A stretch of DNA of 64,000 bases from an uncultured Pseudomonadota bacterium (GTDB lineage: Bacteria > Oederibacteriota > Muellerivitia > Muellerivitales > Muellerivitaceae), in the NCBI GenBank assembly GCA_963770835.1, contig CAVYRH010000010.1, positions 64,001-128,000 on the forward strand, written 5' to 3'. The position numbers and the translations under genes are program-made. The notes under the pieces were generated by a model. The model was not told where the DNA came from. It saw only the letters and a list, made by a program, of their open reading frames with translations, and made no database searches. This document shows, in pieces, positions 19,505-28,904 of the stretch. Position 1 is the first letter of the stretch. Each line of letters opens with the position of its first letter.

Positions 19505-20230
19505 ATGAAAAGAGCGGTTCTTCTATTGGGGATCCTTTTAATGGCCTTTTTGCCCCTGGCCTGTCAAAAGACCTATACCGTAGCCCCCCTTCCCGTTCCA
19601 ACGGCCACACCCGTTCCGCCCACGCTCACGCCGACCCTCACCCGTACCTTCACCGCCTCACCCACCATCACCAATACCCCTACGGTCACTTTCACGCCCA
19701 CGGCGACCGCGACGGCCACTTATTGGTTCGCCTACACGCCCTGTGCCGTGACCTTCACGATGGGCAACACCGCCACCACTCCCCTGGGCTATATGTGGCA
19801 GGATGATATCTGCGGCGTGGAAGGCCAGGCCGCCAATTACGCCAAACTGACGGCCATCGTCGTGGATGAATATTCCGCGGCGGGCTCCGTGATGGGCGCC
19901 TTTTACGGGTGCGATACCACCAACAACGTGCCGACCACCCTGATCACGCAAACGGGCCCCATGCCCGCGGCCTATGGCTGGGTCACGATGGCCGTAACGC
20001 CCCCGGTGGTGGTCAACCCCGGAACCTATTACCTTGTGGCCATCTCCAGCAGCTACTCGGTCATGGCGACCAGCGGCAACGGGTACACGGATTGGCGGTA
20101 TCTGTACACCTATAGCGGGATCGCCGGCACGGGTTTCCCCAACAGCCTCGTGGCCCCCGCCAATAACGCCTACAACAACTCCTACCTGGCCAGCTCGCTG
20201 ATGATCCAGGGCCTTTGGACCTGTCCGTGA
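19505..20230 (+). CDS. Lipoprotein with Thr/Pro stalk and Cys-bracketed domain
   Basis: PLAC lipobox; domain resembles the repeated modules of 32980-36414. Confidence 0.8.
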   Translation: MKRAVLLLGILLMAFLPLACQKTYTVAPLPVPTATPVPPTLTPTLTRTFTASPTITNTPTVTFTPTATATATYWFAYTPCAVTFTMGNTATTPLGYMWQDDICGVEGQAANYAKLTAIVVDEYSAAGSVMGAFYGCDTTNNVPTTLITQTGPMPAAYGWVTMAVTPPVVVNPGTYYLVAISSSYSVMATSGNGYTDWRYLYTYSGIAGTGFPNSLVAPANNAYNNSYLASSLMIQGLWTCP

Positions 20231-20232
20231 CC

Positions 20233-20930
20233 CTGGAAGGATAGGCGCCCGTCGGGGGACATTTGAATCGACTCGATTCAAACCATCCCTGGGCCCAAGG
20301 TGTTTTGCCCCAAAACACCCGCTGTCCCAAGTTGGGGCAGAAATTGGAAGAATAGGGGTTCCAAATGGCCTCTTTGATCAGATCCTGATCAAACTTGATT
20401 GCTGTCATTGCGAGGAGGCGCCCCAATCGGGGCGGTTGCCGACAGGCTTGTGGTAGTTGGCCTGATTTCGGCCAACCATCCTTGGGCTGAAGCCCAAGGA
20501 CAACCTCAGGTTTTAGGGTACCGGGTGTTCCGAGTCGGACCCCCCCAAAAAACCCTTATTTTGAGTGCCCCGCCCCGGGGCACTCAAAATAAGGGTTTTT
20601 TGATAACCAAGGTTCGTTCTGAGGAATCCCCAAAAAATTGGAAGAATAGGGCGATGCCGGGGTTTGAATTAGAGCAAATTGCTCTAATTCAAATAAGAGA
20701 TTTTGGTCAATTTGATCAGCCGCTGATCAAATTGGAAGCAAATGGGATTAGGTGTCCAGAGTCTGGACACCCACTGTCAAGTCTCTAGCCAGTTAATTGG
20801 AAGAATAGGGCTATGCCGGGGTATGGCTGCTTCGCGGCGAAGCAAAACCGCCCCCTGAGGAGCCCGCTTAGGCCCAAGCTGATTACTCAGTAATCACCCA
20901 GGGACCCCCATTTATGTAAATTACATAAAT
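20233..20930. repeat. Non-coding palindrome array with TTGGAAGAATAGGG direct repeats
   Basis: At least 10 near-perfect palindromes; repeat at 20344, 20638, 20797 and degenerate at 20233, 20732. Confidence 0.75.
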
Positions 20931-21157
20931 CAAGCCCCTAGATGGGCTACCCGGGGGTGCTTTGGATGGGGAACTGTTAGGGAGAACTAGGTTTTCTTGG
21001 TGACCTCGTGGTTTTTACTGCCCTTGGCCAAAGGCCAATGGGTGGTGGTTCAATCGCCGTTTTGGCTTTATCCCTGTTAATCCCATTCATCTGTGGCTAA
21101 ATTGACGTTCTTGGCGAACTTGGCGTCTTGGCGGTTCAATGGCAGTGGAGTTTCAAA

Positions 21158-22066
21158 ATGAATGAGAACAAAAACTCAACCTTGCTGGTCACCGGGGCTT
21201 CCGGCCGCTTGGGCCGCCGCGTGGTGGAACTTTTGCTGGAAAGCCAGGCAGGCCCCCTGGTGGCCGCCACCCGCCGCCCGGACCAACTCAAAGACCTGGC
21301 CGCGCGGGGGGCCGAAGTGCGTTTCGCCGACTTTGACGACCCCTCCTCACTGGACAAGGCTTTCGCCGGGGCGGAAAGAATGCTCCTCATCAGCACCAAT
21401 GAAACCGCCCGCCCGGGGCAAAAATTGGTGCAGCACCGAAACGCCATCGCCGCCGCCGAAAAGGCGGGCGTGGCAACCGTGGCCTACACCTCGGAGCCCC
21501 ACCTCAAGCCCGGCAATCCCTATCTTTTGGCCCAAGCCGATACCGGCACCGAGGAGGCCCTGGCCCAAAGCCGGCTGGGGTGGGTGATCCTCCGGCATAA
21601 TTGGTACACGGACCTCCTGGTCCCCAGGCTGGCGAAAGCCGCCGCCGCGGGCAAGTTCCTGACCACCGAAGGCGACAGCGGGGCCGCCTATGTCACGCGG
21701 GAAGACTGCGCCCGGGCCGACGCGGCTCTGCTGGTTTCCCCCGGGCCCCCGAACCGGATCCTGGATATCACCGGGCCCGCGGTCGTCCCCAACGCCCAAC
21801 TGGCCGAAATCGCCGGGCGGGTCACGGGCCGCCCCGTCAAGCAGCTGGTGGTATCGCCCGACACTTACAAGTCGGGCCTAGTAATGGCCGGGATAGCCGA
21901 AACCCTCCAGGAGATCATGACCTCCTCCGATGTGGCCATCGCCCAGGGCTATTTAGCCGTCGTCTCTAATGCGGTTAGGGAGCTTACGGGAAGGGAACCC
22001 CAAAGCGTGGAGGATTTTCTTTTAGCTAACCGGGAGACCCTGCTGGCGAAGGTTTTGAAATCCTAA
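21158..22066 (+). CDS. NmrA-like NAD(P)H-binding oxidoreductase (YtfG/QOR2-like)
   Basis: LVTGASGRLG, ADFDDPSSL, MLLIS, AYVTREDCARA. Confidence 0.88.
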   Translation: MNENKNSTLLVTGASGRLGRRVVELLLESQAGPLVAATRRPDQLKDLAARGAEVRFADFDDPSSLDKAFAGAERMLLISTNETARPGQKLVQHRNAIAAAEKAGVATVAYTSEPHLKPGNPYLLAQADTGTEEALAQSRLGWVILRHNWYTDLLVPRLAKAAAAGKFLTTEGDSGAAYVTREDCARADAALLVSPGPPNRILDITGPAVVPNAQLAEIAGRVTGRPVKQLVVSPDTYKSGLVMAGIAETLQEIMTSSDVAIAQGYLAVVSNAVRELTGREPQSVEDFLLANRETLLAKVLKS

Positions 22067-22250
22067 ATAATTTATTTGTACGGAATTATACCGTTGGGGG
22101 TCGGCAAGAAAGGTTTTACACAGTCACTTTAATGCCTAGGGGAATGAAAAAATAGGGGGAAGGAAAGGGGTCCCCGCTTCGCCATCCATCGTTAACGCTC
22201 GGCTTCTCCCTGTGCTGAAGCTTCGGGAGACAGGCTGGGGAACAGGCCAC

Positions 22251-22297
22251 TTGACGGCCCCCTCCTTCCCTCTTAATATCTAGTCAGAGTAGTCAGA
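22251..22297 (+). promoter_or_regulatory. Sigma70-type promoter and direct-repeat operator of the TA operon
   Basis: TTGACG-N17-TAATAT followed by TAGTCAGA x2. Confidence 0.6.
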
Positions 22298-22320
22298 AAT
22301 ATTGAAGAAGGAGGTTTCCC

Positions 22321-22569
22321 ATGACTTCGTGGCAGCTTCAAACCGCCAAGGCGCGGTTCAGCGAAATGATCCGGATCGTGAAAACCAAAGGGCCCCAGTC
22401 CATTACCTTGCATGGCCACGAGGAAGCGGTGGTCATCTCGAAAAAAGACTATGAACGGCTGAAAAAATCCAAACCCAACCTGGTGGAATTCTTCCGTAAA
22501 TCCCCTTTTTATGGGACGAACTTTAAGGCCCCAAGAAACAAGTCGGTTTCCCGCAAGGTCGAAATTTGA
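22321..22569 (+). CDS. Phd/YefM family antitoxin
   Basis: WQLQTAKARFSE...GPQSITLHG...AVVIS. Confidence 0.92.
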   Translation: MTSWQLQTAKARFSEMIRIVKTKGPQSITLHGHEEAVVISKKDYERLKKSKPNLVEFFRKSPFYGTNFKAPRNKSVSRKVEI

Positions 22570-22976
22570 AGTATCTTTTGGATACCAACGTCCTTTCCGA
22601 GCTTTTTAAAAAACACCCGGAACCCAAAGTATCGAAATGGCTGGCGGAAGCGGACCAGGAATCGCTTTTCCTCAGCGTCCTGGTTTTGGGGGAAATCCGG
22701 AAGGGGATCGAGAAGATGGAACCCAATCCCCGCAAAACCCGGCTGGTTCATTTCCTGGAAAAGGACGTTCCGGCACAATTCGAGGAACGGATATTACCCG
22801 TGGATTCCGAAGTGGCGGGGGCTTGGGGCCTTTTGGAGGCCCAGGCCAGCCGGCCCTTACCTACGGTGGACGCCCTCCTGGCCGCGACGGCCCTTGTCCA
22901 CAACCTGACCCTGGTGACGCGCAATACCGGTGACTTTCCTTTTTCCAAAATAAAACTTCTCAATCCTTGGGAATGA
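22566..22976 (+). CDS. vapC: VapC PIN-domain toxin
   Basis: YLLDTNVLSE, DALLAATA, LVTRN..DF, NPW. Confidence 0.93.
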   Translation: MKYLLDTNVLSELFKKHPEPKVSKWLAEADQESLFLSVLVLGEIRKGIEKMEPNPRKTRLVHFLEKDVPAQFEERILPVDSEVAGAWGLLEAQASRPLPTVDALLAATALVHNLTLVTRNTGDFPFSKIKLLNPWE

Positions 22977-23068
22977 ATAAAAACCAGGTCTTAGACGTTA
23001 GCAAGACCTAAAACGGAAACTTGATCCAATCCATTTCGATCTCAATTTGATAGGGAGTGGGCCTAACG

Positions 23069-23248
23069 AGCAGGGTGCTGAAAAAGTCCCGCTTCGCTGG
23101 ACTTTTTCACAAAACATTCGAGGTAACCCCACAATTCAACGGCGCTCATAGGGAAAGTCCCCTATGTACCCGCAAAACCAAGGCCTGCGGAATTTTAGGG
23201 GTAGGCAGGCTGCTTTGTAGCCTTATTTTATTTTTTCAGCAGCCTGCT
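23069..23248. mobile_element. MITE-like non-autonomous element, 180 bp
   Basis: TIRs AGCAGGGTGCTGAAAAA / TTTTTCAGCAGCCTGCT (16/17); no transposase. Confidence 0.65.
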
Positions 23249-23380
23249 AGGCATCTTTTTCTCCCCATCTTTCACCCGAACTTTGTATCTATTTCACCCA
23301 AGCCCGGCGATGATAGCCCGCCCCCTGTGCTTTCCCGGATGGAGTTCTTAATTTTAAAATAGGACGAAGGAGTTGAATTT

Positions 23381-23740
23381 ATGGAGAAGCTAAAAAAGTT
23401 GTCAATTGAAGAGAAACATGAACTGAAATTGGAGAAGTGGCTCAAAACCTTGACGGTGGATTCCGAATTTTTCGGTCTGTTGGGCAAAGCCCACACGGAC
23501 TCCTTTTATAAAATATATGCCCGTCGGGAACACTCGTCTAAATTATGGTGGATATTCGAGACCGATAGCAGCATCAGCCACATTGACCCGCTTAAATACC
23601 AAACAAAGCTTTCGAAGGAAAAAAACAAAAACCAGGTTTCCGGGAAGTTAACGAATTTATTGAAGTACAAAATTCATCCGGGCAAAAAAGGCCTGGAAAT
23701 GATATTTTCCAGGGCCAAGCAATTAAGCCCAGTGGCTTAG
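23381..23740 (+). CDS. Hypothetical protein
   Basis: 119-aa ORF with AGGAG RBS. Confidence 0.6.
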   Translation: MEKLKKLSIEEKHELKLEKWLKTLTVDSEFFGLLGKAHTDSFYKIYARREHSSKLWWIFETDSSISHIDPLKYQTKLSKEKNKNQVSGKLTNLLKYKIHPGKKGLEMIFSRAKQLSPVA

Positions 23741-23918
23741 AACCGGTCGACTGTCGGCAGTCCACAGTCGACAGTCCGCAAACGGCAGTTCAGAGCAAAA
23801 GCTAAAACCAGTCGGCAGGTGGCAGCAGTCCAATCCCCATAAAACAATCACCGGCCCTTTTTCCCGCTTCGGATAGTCAAAACCTCGTCATTAGTTTTGA
23901 ATTGAGAGGGAGGCAAAG

Positions 23919-24293
23919 ATGCTGGCATGTCACATAGTGGCTTTTTTGATCACTTTAGCGGTGGGTTATTGGCTTTTAACCCTGGCCGAGAAACAGGGCG
24001 GCCTGACCAAGACCCTGGGAATGGTTTTCGCCTGGATCATCATCGTGGTTTCACTGCTGGGCCCCGTTTGCGTGGTGGCTAACGCTTTTTGCCGCCATTC
24101 CTATGGAGGTGGTTGGCACCACCGGGGAATGGGCGATTGCTGCATGATGGATGGTAAGGGTGGCATGAAGGGCGATGCCTGCCCGATGACGGGTGGTAAA
24201 TGGGACGGGAAGGGCCATGATGGCATGATGATGGGCAAGGATAAGGACAAGGATAAGGCCGCGGGGACGGATGACAAGGACGACAGCAAGTAA
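23919..24293 (+). CDS. Two-TM membrane protein with His/Met/Cys-rich tail
   Basis: GGAGG RBS; two hydrophobic segments; WHHRGMGDCCMMDG tail. Confidence 0.75.
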   Translation: MLACHIVAFLITLAVGYWLLTLAEKQGGLTKTLGMVFAWIIIVVSLLGPVCVVANAFCRHSYGGGWHHRGMGDCCMMDGKGGMKGDACPMTGGKWDGKGHDGMMMGKDKDKDKAAGTDDKDDSK

Positions 24294-24527
24294 ATCCTCC
24301 GCGATTTTCAGCTGAACCCCAAAGCCCCGCGGAGCCGGTTCCTGTTTGGGCCGTCGTAAACTCCGTCCCTGGAACCGGCACACCCAAAGCTTGCTGCTCG
24401 GCTGGTGGCCTCGCAGCAGGGGACTGCGGGGCTTTTTTTATTTCTCCTAGGTGCCGCCGGGTTTGCCTTTGAGTTCTATGGCGGGGCGCGCGAAAATACC
24501 GCCCAGTAAACTGCGGTGGGGGTGTTA

Positions 24528-24773
24528 GTGAAAAAGAAACCTTTCCTCAAATCCGACTTCAAAGCCGCCGTCCGCGACCCGCTCACAAGCAAAGTTTATA
24601 CCGGCATCGACCATTCGGAGGCCTCGAAAAAGGCCCAAGAGGCGGGAGTGGAGTTTCCGGGAGGCCAATTGGATCCCGCCCATACCGGCTTTCTTCGCAA
24701 GGACGGTACCTTCTATACGAGGGCGCAGACGCAAAAGGAATACGGCTTCAAGACCAGCGCGGACCTGCGTTGA
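24528..24773 (+). CDS. Hypothetical protein
   Basis: ORF with genome-like codon usage. Confidence 0.55.
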   Translation: MKKKPFLKSDFKAAVRDPLTSKVYTGIDHSEASKKAQEAGVEFPGGQLDPAHTGFLRKDGTFYTRAQTQKEYGFKTSADLR

Positions 24774-24937
24774 TGCCTTTATGGGCATCAACACACCCAA
24801 ACCGTGTGCCTCGACCTGAAGTCTTGGCACAGGGTCGTTAAAACCAGTCGGCACCAACAGTTTGTACAACTGTTGGTACTACCAAATCTCGCTGCTCACC
24901 TTGCGGGTTCGCAGCAGGTGGCAGCGCTTCGAGAGGC

Positions 24938-25330
24938 TCAGGGCCAAATTTCAATGCCATCCTTGGTCACCTTGACGGTCGGCGGTTTGAGCTTCGTGAG
25001 GATGTGAATGGCCGAGTGGCCCCCGGTGAGCGCGAGGACGGCGCCGGAAATAATCAGGAGTCCCAGCTTGGTGGTGGGTTCCGGGTCGAGGAAGGCCAGG
25101 ACGACGAAGGTGACGCCCGCGGCCGAGAGGCCCAGCGCCACGCAAACCCCCGCGATTTCCGCCTTGGACAAGCCCGCCTTGCGGCCCATTTGGAACAAGG
25201 ACTGGTGGGAGGGGTCGATGCCCACGTTGGCGTCGTCAATAATCAATGCCGGGGTATGGTCCTTGTAGGCTTTGGCCAAAACGGCCAGCCATCCCGGTTG
25301 GGAAGTGCGAACCACCAGTTGATCGGCCAT
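24938..25330 (-). CDS. Hypothetical membrane protein
   Basis: MADQLVVRTS...; two TM segments around DPEPTTK. Confidence 0.7.
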   Translation of the reverse strand: MADQLVVRTSQPGWLAVLAKAYKDHTPALIIDDANVGIDPSHQSLFQMGRKAGLSKAEIAGVCVALGLSAAGVTFVVLAFLDPEPTTKLGLLIISGAVLALTGGHSAIHILTKLKPPTVKVTKDGIEIWP

Positions 25331-25561
25331 TTGGACGGCTTCTTCCGCGAAAAATCTTATCTCTTTCCATGTGGGGATTCCGCCAAGGCTGTCGTGAAAC
25401 CGGGCAGCACTGCCTTGAAACCAGAAAGTTTCACCGCCCCGAAAGCCCGGGACTAAAATAAAAGCACCTGAAGATTGTACCAAGTTTGCCGTCCCACAAC
25501 GCCCCTCAACGCTCCGCCACCGATCGACACCTCCGGCAAACCCAGGGAAAGGCGGCGCGGC

Positions 25562-25747
25562 ATGGATCCTTGGACCCGAAAAGGCGTGGTCATTGAGCTC
25601 TGGAAGCTGAACCGGCTGGAGGTCAGCCTTTCGCCGGACTATATCGCCCGCGTGGACCCTCCTCTTTATGAAGCCGCCCTTTCTTTTTTTAGGGACTGGG
25701 CTGACGCCCTCAAAATGATCGGGCAGGATTACCCCGGCGAATCCTAA
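25562..25747 (+). CDS. Small protein made of one HTH-like repeat module
   Basis: WTRKGVVIEL...LYEAALSFFRDWADAL..G pattern. Confidence 0.5.
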   Translation: MDPWTRKGVVIELWKLNRLEVSLSPDYIARVDPPLYEAALSFFRDWADALKMIGQDYPGES

Positions 25748-25836
25748 AACCGCTTTGGCGCATTTCCCCCGGCCGGGGGGCGAACTTCCCCCGATGCCGC
25801 CTGTGCTATGATGCGTTCCTCATCCAGGGGGGTGTT

Positions 25837-26160
25837 ATGGAATCGGAAAACAAGAAGCTCTACGAGTCGGCCATCCAGGTCAAAAGCGGCGAATACCGGT
25901 TTACGGTCAAGGATTCCCCAAGGTCGGGGCGCTATCTGTTGATCGAGGACATCCGGATCAAGAAAGGGAAAACCCGGACGGAAAGAGTCGTCCTTTATCC
26001 TGAATTGATGGAGGGATTCGACGCGGAATACCAAAAAGCCAAGGCGGCGTTAAGTCAGTCGACGGTCGACAGTCCCCAGCCGGCAGTTGAGCCAACACAT
26101 GAAAGGCAGTCCACCGCCGACAGTCCTCAGCCGTCCGTTAAGCCGCCCGATAACAATTAA
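25837..26160 (+). CDS. PUR/DUF3276-like nucleic-acid-binding protein with heptamer-derived tail
   Basis: YRFTVKDS...RYLLIED...ERVVLYPE..EGF pattern. Confidence 0.55.
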   Translation: MESENKKLYESAIQVKSGEYRFTVKDSPRSGRYLLIEDIRIKKGKTRTERVVLYPELMEGFDAEYQKAKAALSQSTVDSPQPAVEPTHERQSTADSPQPSVKPPDNN

Positions 26161-26200
26161 AACTGAAGGGGAGAGATTCTTCTTATAGACTATCCCCACC

Positions 26201-26632
26201 ATGAAACGGATCACCTGCGATTTCAGCCTGCTGGATTTCGATGAAGGCACCCTCCTGACTTCCTATAATTTCACCCCCGCCCTGCTTTCGATCCGGGTCA
26301 AGTTCTACGGCACCAGGACAGGGCAAGGCAAAGCCGTACAATTCATCCCCATCCCCGAGGCCTCCCTTTTTTTCCGGGACGTGACTTTCTGCCAAAGGGT
26401 TGTCCGGGCATTGGATAAGAAAACGGGCATATTCGAGGAGCCAGCCACGGAAAAGGAAAGCCTTCCCGAAAAACAAGGGGACACCAACACGGAATTCGTT
26501 TTAAAGGGGAATTCGGCCCAGCCTTCCGGCCATGTCCAATGGAGAATCCGGGCCCAAGACTTTGAAATGGAATTGGGCGACGACATCCTCGGCCGATTAT
26601 CCGAGGCCGGCTTTGTTTTTCACTTTTGTTGA
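26201..26632 (+). CDS. Hypothetical protein
   Basis: 143-aa ORF in co-oriented run. Confidence 0.6.
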   Translation: MKRITCDFSLLDFDEGTLLTSYNFTPALLSIRVKFYGTRTGQGKAVQFIPIPEASLFFRDVTFCQRVVRALDKKTGIFEEPATEKESLPEKQGDTNTEFVLKGNSAQPSGHVQWRIRAQDFEMELGDDILGRLSEAGFVFHFC

Positions 26633-26829
26633 TCCAGGATGAGCCCATTGGGCCGGAAAAAGACGGACTTGTGGGCCCTTTTTGGGGGGACCGGCCCATA
26701 ACTCTCAAGCTTTAGGGGAAATGGGCGTTATAATAGTGGTAGGAAGTTTAAGGAACACTTGTGGGGAGGCGGCAAGCAATCCCCGCTTAAAAACCCCGGC
26801 AGCGCCACTTCATTCCAGAGGAGAAAGAA

Positions 26830-27198
26830 ATGATCAATCCCGTCAACTCCAACAACCCCGGCAGCAACTTGAACCCGAACTCCGCACTCCCCCTCAACAA
26901 TGGGACCAACCCGGCGAAAGTGAACAATGCGGCTTTTGAAGCCTCCATTACCCAGGCCCAGGGTCAAAGCAATGCCCCCACCAATGGGAAGATCGTTCAG
27001 GCCGAAGAGGCGGGGAACGGGGCGGGGGTCCACGGCCATCACCACCACGGCGGCGGAAACCAGCAGTATCTAAACGGCATCGCCAACCTCGGGCAGCTCA
27101 ACCCGCCCGGGTCCAACACCACCACGAACAGCAATACCGACACCGCCGCCACCCTCGACATCAATAACGAGGAAAACTACCTGGACACCCTGGCCTAA
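26830..27198 (+). CDS. Asn/Gly/His-rich low-complexity protein
   Basis: GAGGAG RBS; MINPVN start, HGHHHH, LDTLA end. Confidence 0.7.
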   Translation: MINPVNSNNPGSNLNPNSALPLNNGTNPAKVNNAAFEASITQAQGQSNAPTNGKIVQAEEAGNGAGVHGHHHHGGGNQQYLNGIANLGQLNPPGSNTTTNSNTDTAATLDINNEENYLDTLA

Positions 27199-27250
27199 GC
27201 GGGGAAGTCCCGGATTTTTAATTTCGAAGAACCTATCCAAGCGGTTTCCT

Positions 27251-27284
27251 AAAAAAGGCCCGGGTGAACTCCAGGCCTTTTTTT
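27251..27284 (+). terminator. Intrinsic terminator
   Basis: AAAAAAGGCC...GGCCTTTTTTT. Confidence 0.7.
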
Positions 27285-27377
27285 ATTGCTGGTTTTGAGC
27301 GAACCGGCCCCGTGCCCTTCGCCGGCCCATTCCAAGGGGCTTGGTTTTTACGCTTCCCATTGGGTATGCTCCAGGAA

Positions 27378-27884
27378 ATGAAAAAAATCCTCTATATCGA
27401 CATGGACGGAGTCCTGGTCGATTTCGAAACCGGCGTGGCGCGCCTAACCCAGGCCGAGAAAAAACGCTATAAGGGCCGCCTGGAAGAGGTTCCGGGCATC
27501 TACCACCGGATGGAGCCCCTGAAGGACGCGGTAAAGTCCTTCCGGCTGCTCGCCAAGCCCTTCGACGTTTACATCCTTTCCACGGCTCCCTGGAAAAACC
27601 ACAGCGCCTGGAGCGACAAGGTGCGCTGGGCCAAGGCCTACCTGGGCAAACACGCCCATAAGCGGGTGATCCTCTCCCACCATAAAAACCTCAATGTGGG
27701 GCATTACCTTGTCGACGACCAGCTCCAGCACGGCGCGGGCCAGTTCAAGGGGGAATTGATCCACTTCGGAAGGGGCAAGTTCAAGACCTGGAAGGGCGTG
27801 GTGAAGTACCTCTTGGCCAAAAGGACAAATAGGTCCGGCAAGCCGGGAGGCCCGGTGGAGAACCGGGCAAAAGCCCAAGAATAG
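27378..27884 (+). CDS. 5'(3')-deoxyribonucleotidase (NT5C, HAD family)
   Basis: ILYIDMDGVLVDF, YILSTAPW, KNLNVGHYLVDD. Confidence 0.88.
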   Translation: MKKILYIDMDGVLVDFETGVARLTQAEKKRYKGRLEEVPGIYHRMEPLKDAVKSFRLLAKPFDVYILSTAPWKNHSAWSDKVRWAKAYLGKHAHKRVILSHHKNLNVGHYLVDDQLQHGAGQFKGELIHFGRGKFKTWKGVVKYLLAKRTNRSGKPGGPVENRAKAQE

Positions 27885-27964
27885 CTATCTATTTTCCCCA
27901 AAAGCGCCTAACGTATAGGCCGCTTTATGACATCAAGGCCCCACGAGGCCAAAAGGAAATCACA

Positions 27965-28285
27965 ATGGATATGGTTGATAACAAACCCAAGGAAACCGAG
28001 ACCGCCCCGGCATCCGTTCCGGCCCCGGTAGCGAATACCCCGGAAGCGGCAGCCGCCCCGGCCGTTGCCGCCGAGCCTGTTGCGGCTCCGGCTCCCGTCC
28101 CAGCCCCGGTAGCGGCAGCCACCCCGGCTGCGGCCCCCGCGCCCGCGCCGGTCGAAATCTTCAAGGGAATCGTCCCGCAAACGAAGCCAAACGCGCCGGG
28201 TGGGTGGAACCGTTTTGCGGGGTACAAACCGGGGGATGCCAAGAACAAGAAAAATGACCGCCGGGATTCTAAGGGCCGCAGGTAA
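27965..28285 (+). CDS. Ala/Pro-rich small protein with basic C-terminus
   Basis: AAGGA RBS; PAPAA linker. Confidence 0.6.
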   Translation: MDMVDNKPKETETAPASVPAPVANTPEAAAAPAVAAEPVAAPAPVPAPVAAATPAAAPAPAPVEIFKGIVPQTKPNAPGGWNRFAGYKPGDAKNKKNDRRDSKGRR

Positions 28286-28540
28286 CTTCTTAAAGGCAGT
28301 TGACAGTCGGCGCCAATTGTTTCTAGAACAATTGGCACTACCAAATCTCGCCGTTCGGCTTGTGGCCTCACGGCAGGTGGCAGTTCGCAGTTGGCAGGTG
28401 AGGCAGTCGACCATCGTCTACACGGCAAACACCTAAAAACCCATCTTCAAGGCGGGCCGGGGTTACCCGGCCCTCCCGGAAATAATTCCAGCAACATTTC
28501 TAAAACCCTTCACGCAACTTGATGGATAGGAGAATGGACC

Positions 28541-28744
28541 ATGGCTTACACACTGAACCAGATGGTGGGGAATTGCAAAACCGGCAAGGTGGGGAAGATT
28601 GCCTCCGCCCCATTTAAAGGCGCCCATGGGGATTTTAACGGCTATGTCATCCTCACGGACCGTTATGGTTATGAGGTTTGGGAGGAATTGTCCATCGTGG
28701 CCTTCCCACCCGACTTCGTGCTGCCTGCCCCGCCGGGGGAATGA
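28541..28744 (+). CDS. Hypothetical protein
   Basis: AGGAG RBS; 67 aa. Confidence 0.6.
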   Translation: MAYTLNQMVGNCKTGKVGKIASAPFKGAHGDFNGYVILTDRYGYEVWEELSIVAFPPDFVLPAPPGE

Positions 28745-28904
28745 ATCAGTCGGCAGCGAACCGCAAATAAAAAATAAAATTATAAACCCTTTAGCAGAGT
28801 CGCTTTCAGCGACGGGCTACAGGGTCCAGCGGTTAGGCCGTCCTGTCCTTGGCACCAATTGTCCTTCAATTGGCATTACCCATCGTCGCCAATAAACTTG
28901 TGGT

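Noticed and set aside
15557..20230. Diversity-generating retroelement acting on the lipoproteins
   Set aside because: No reverse transcriptase and no TR/VR pair with adenine-specific mismatches seen
20399..20788. 129-aa ORF
   Set aside because: Reads through stacked palindromes; no RBS or family signal
20233..20822. CRISPR array from TTGGAAGAATAGGG repeats
   Set aside because: Repeat is short, spacing irregular (~110, 294, 159 bp), no cas genes
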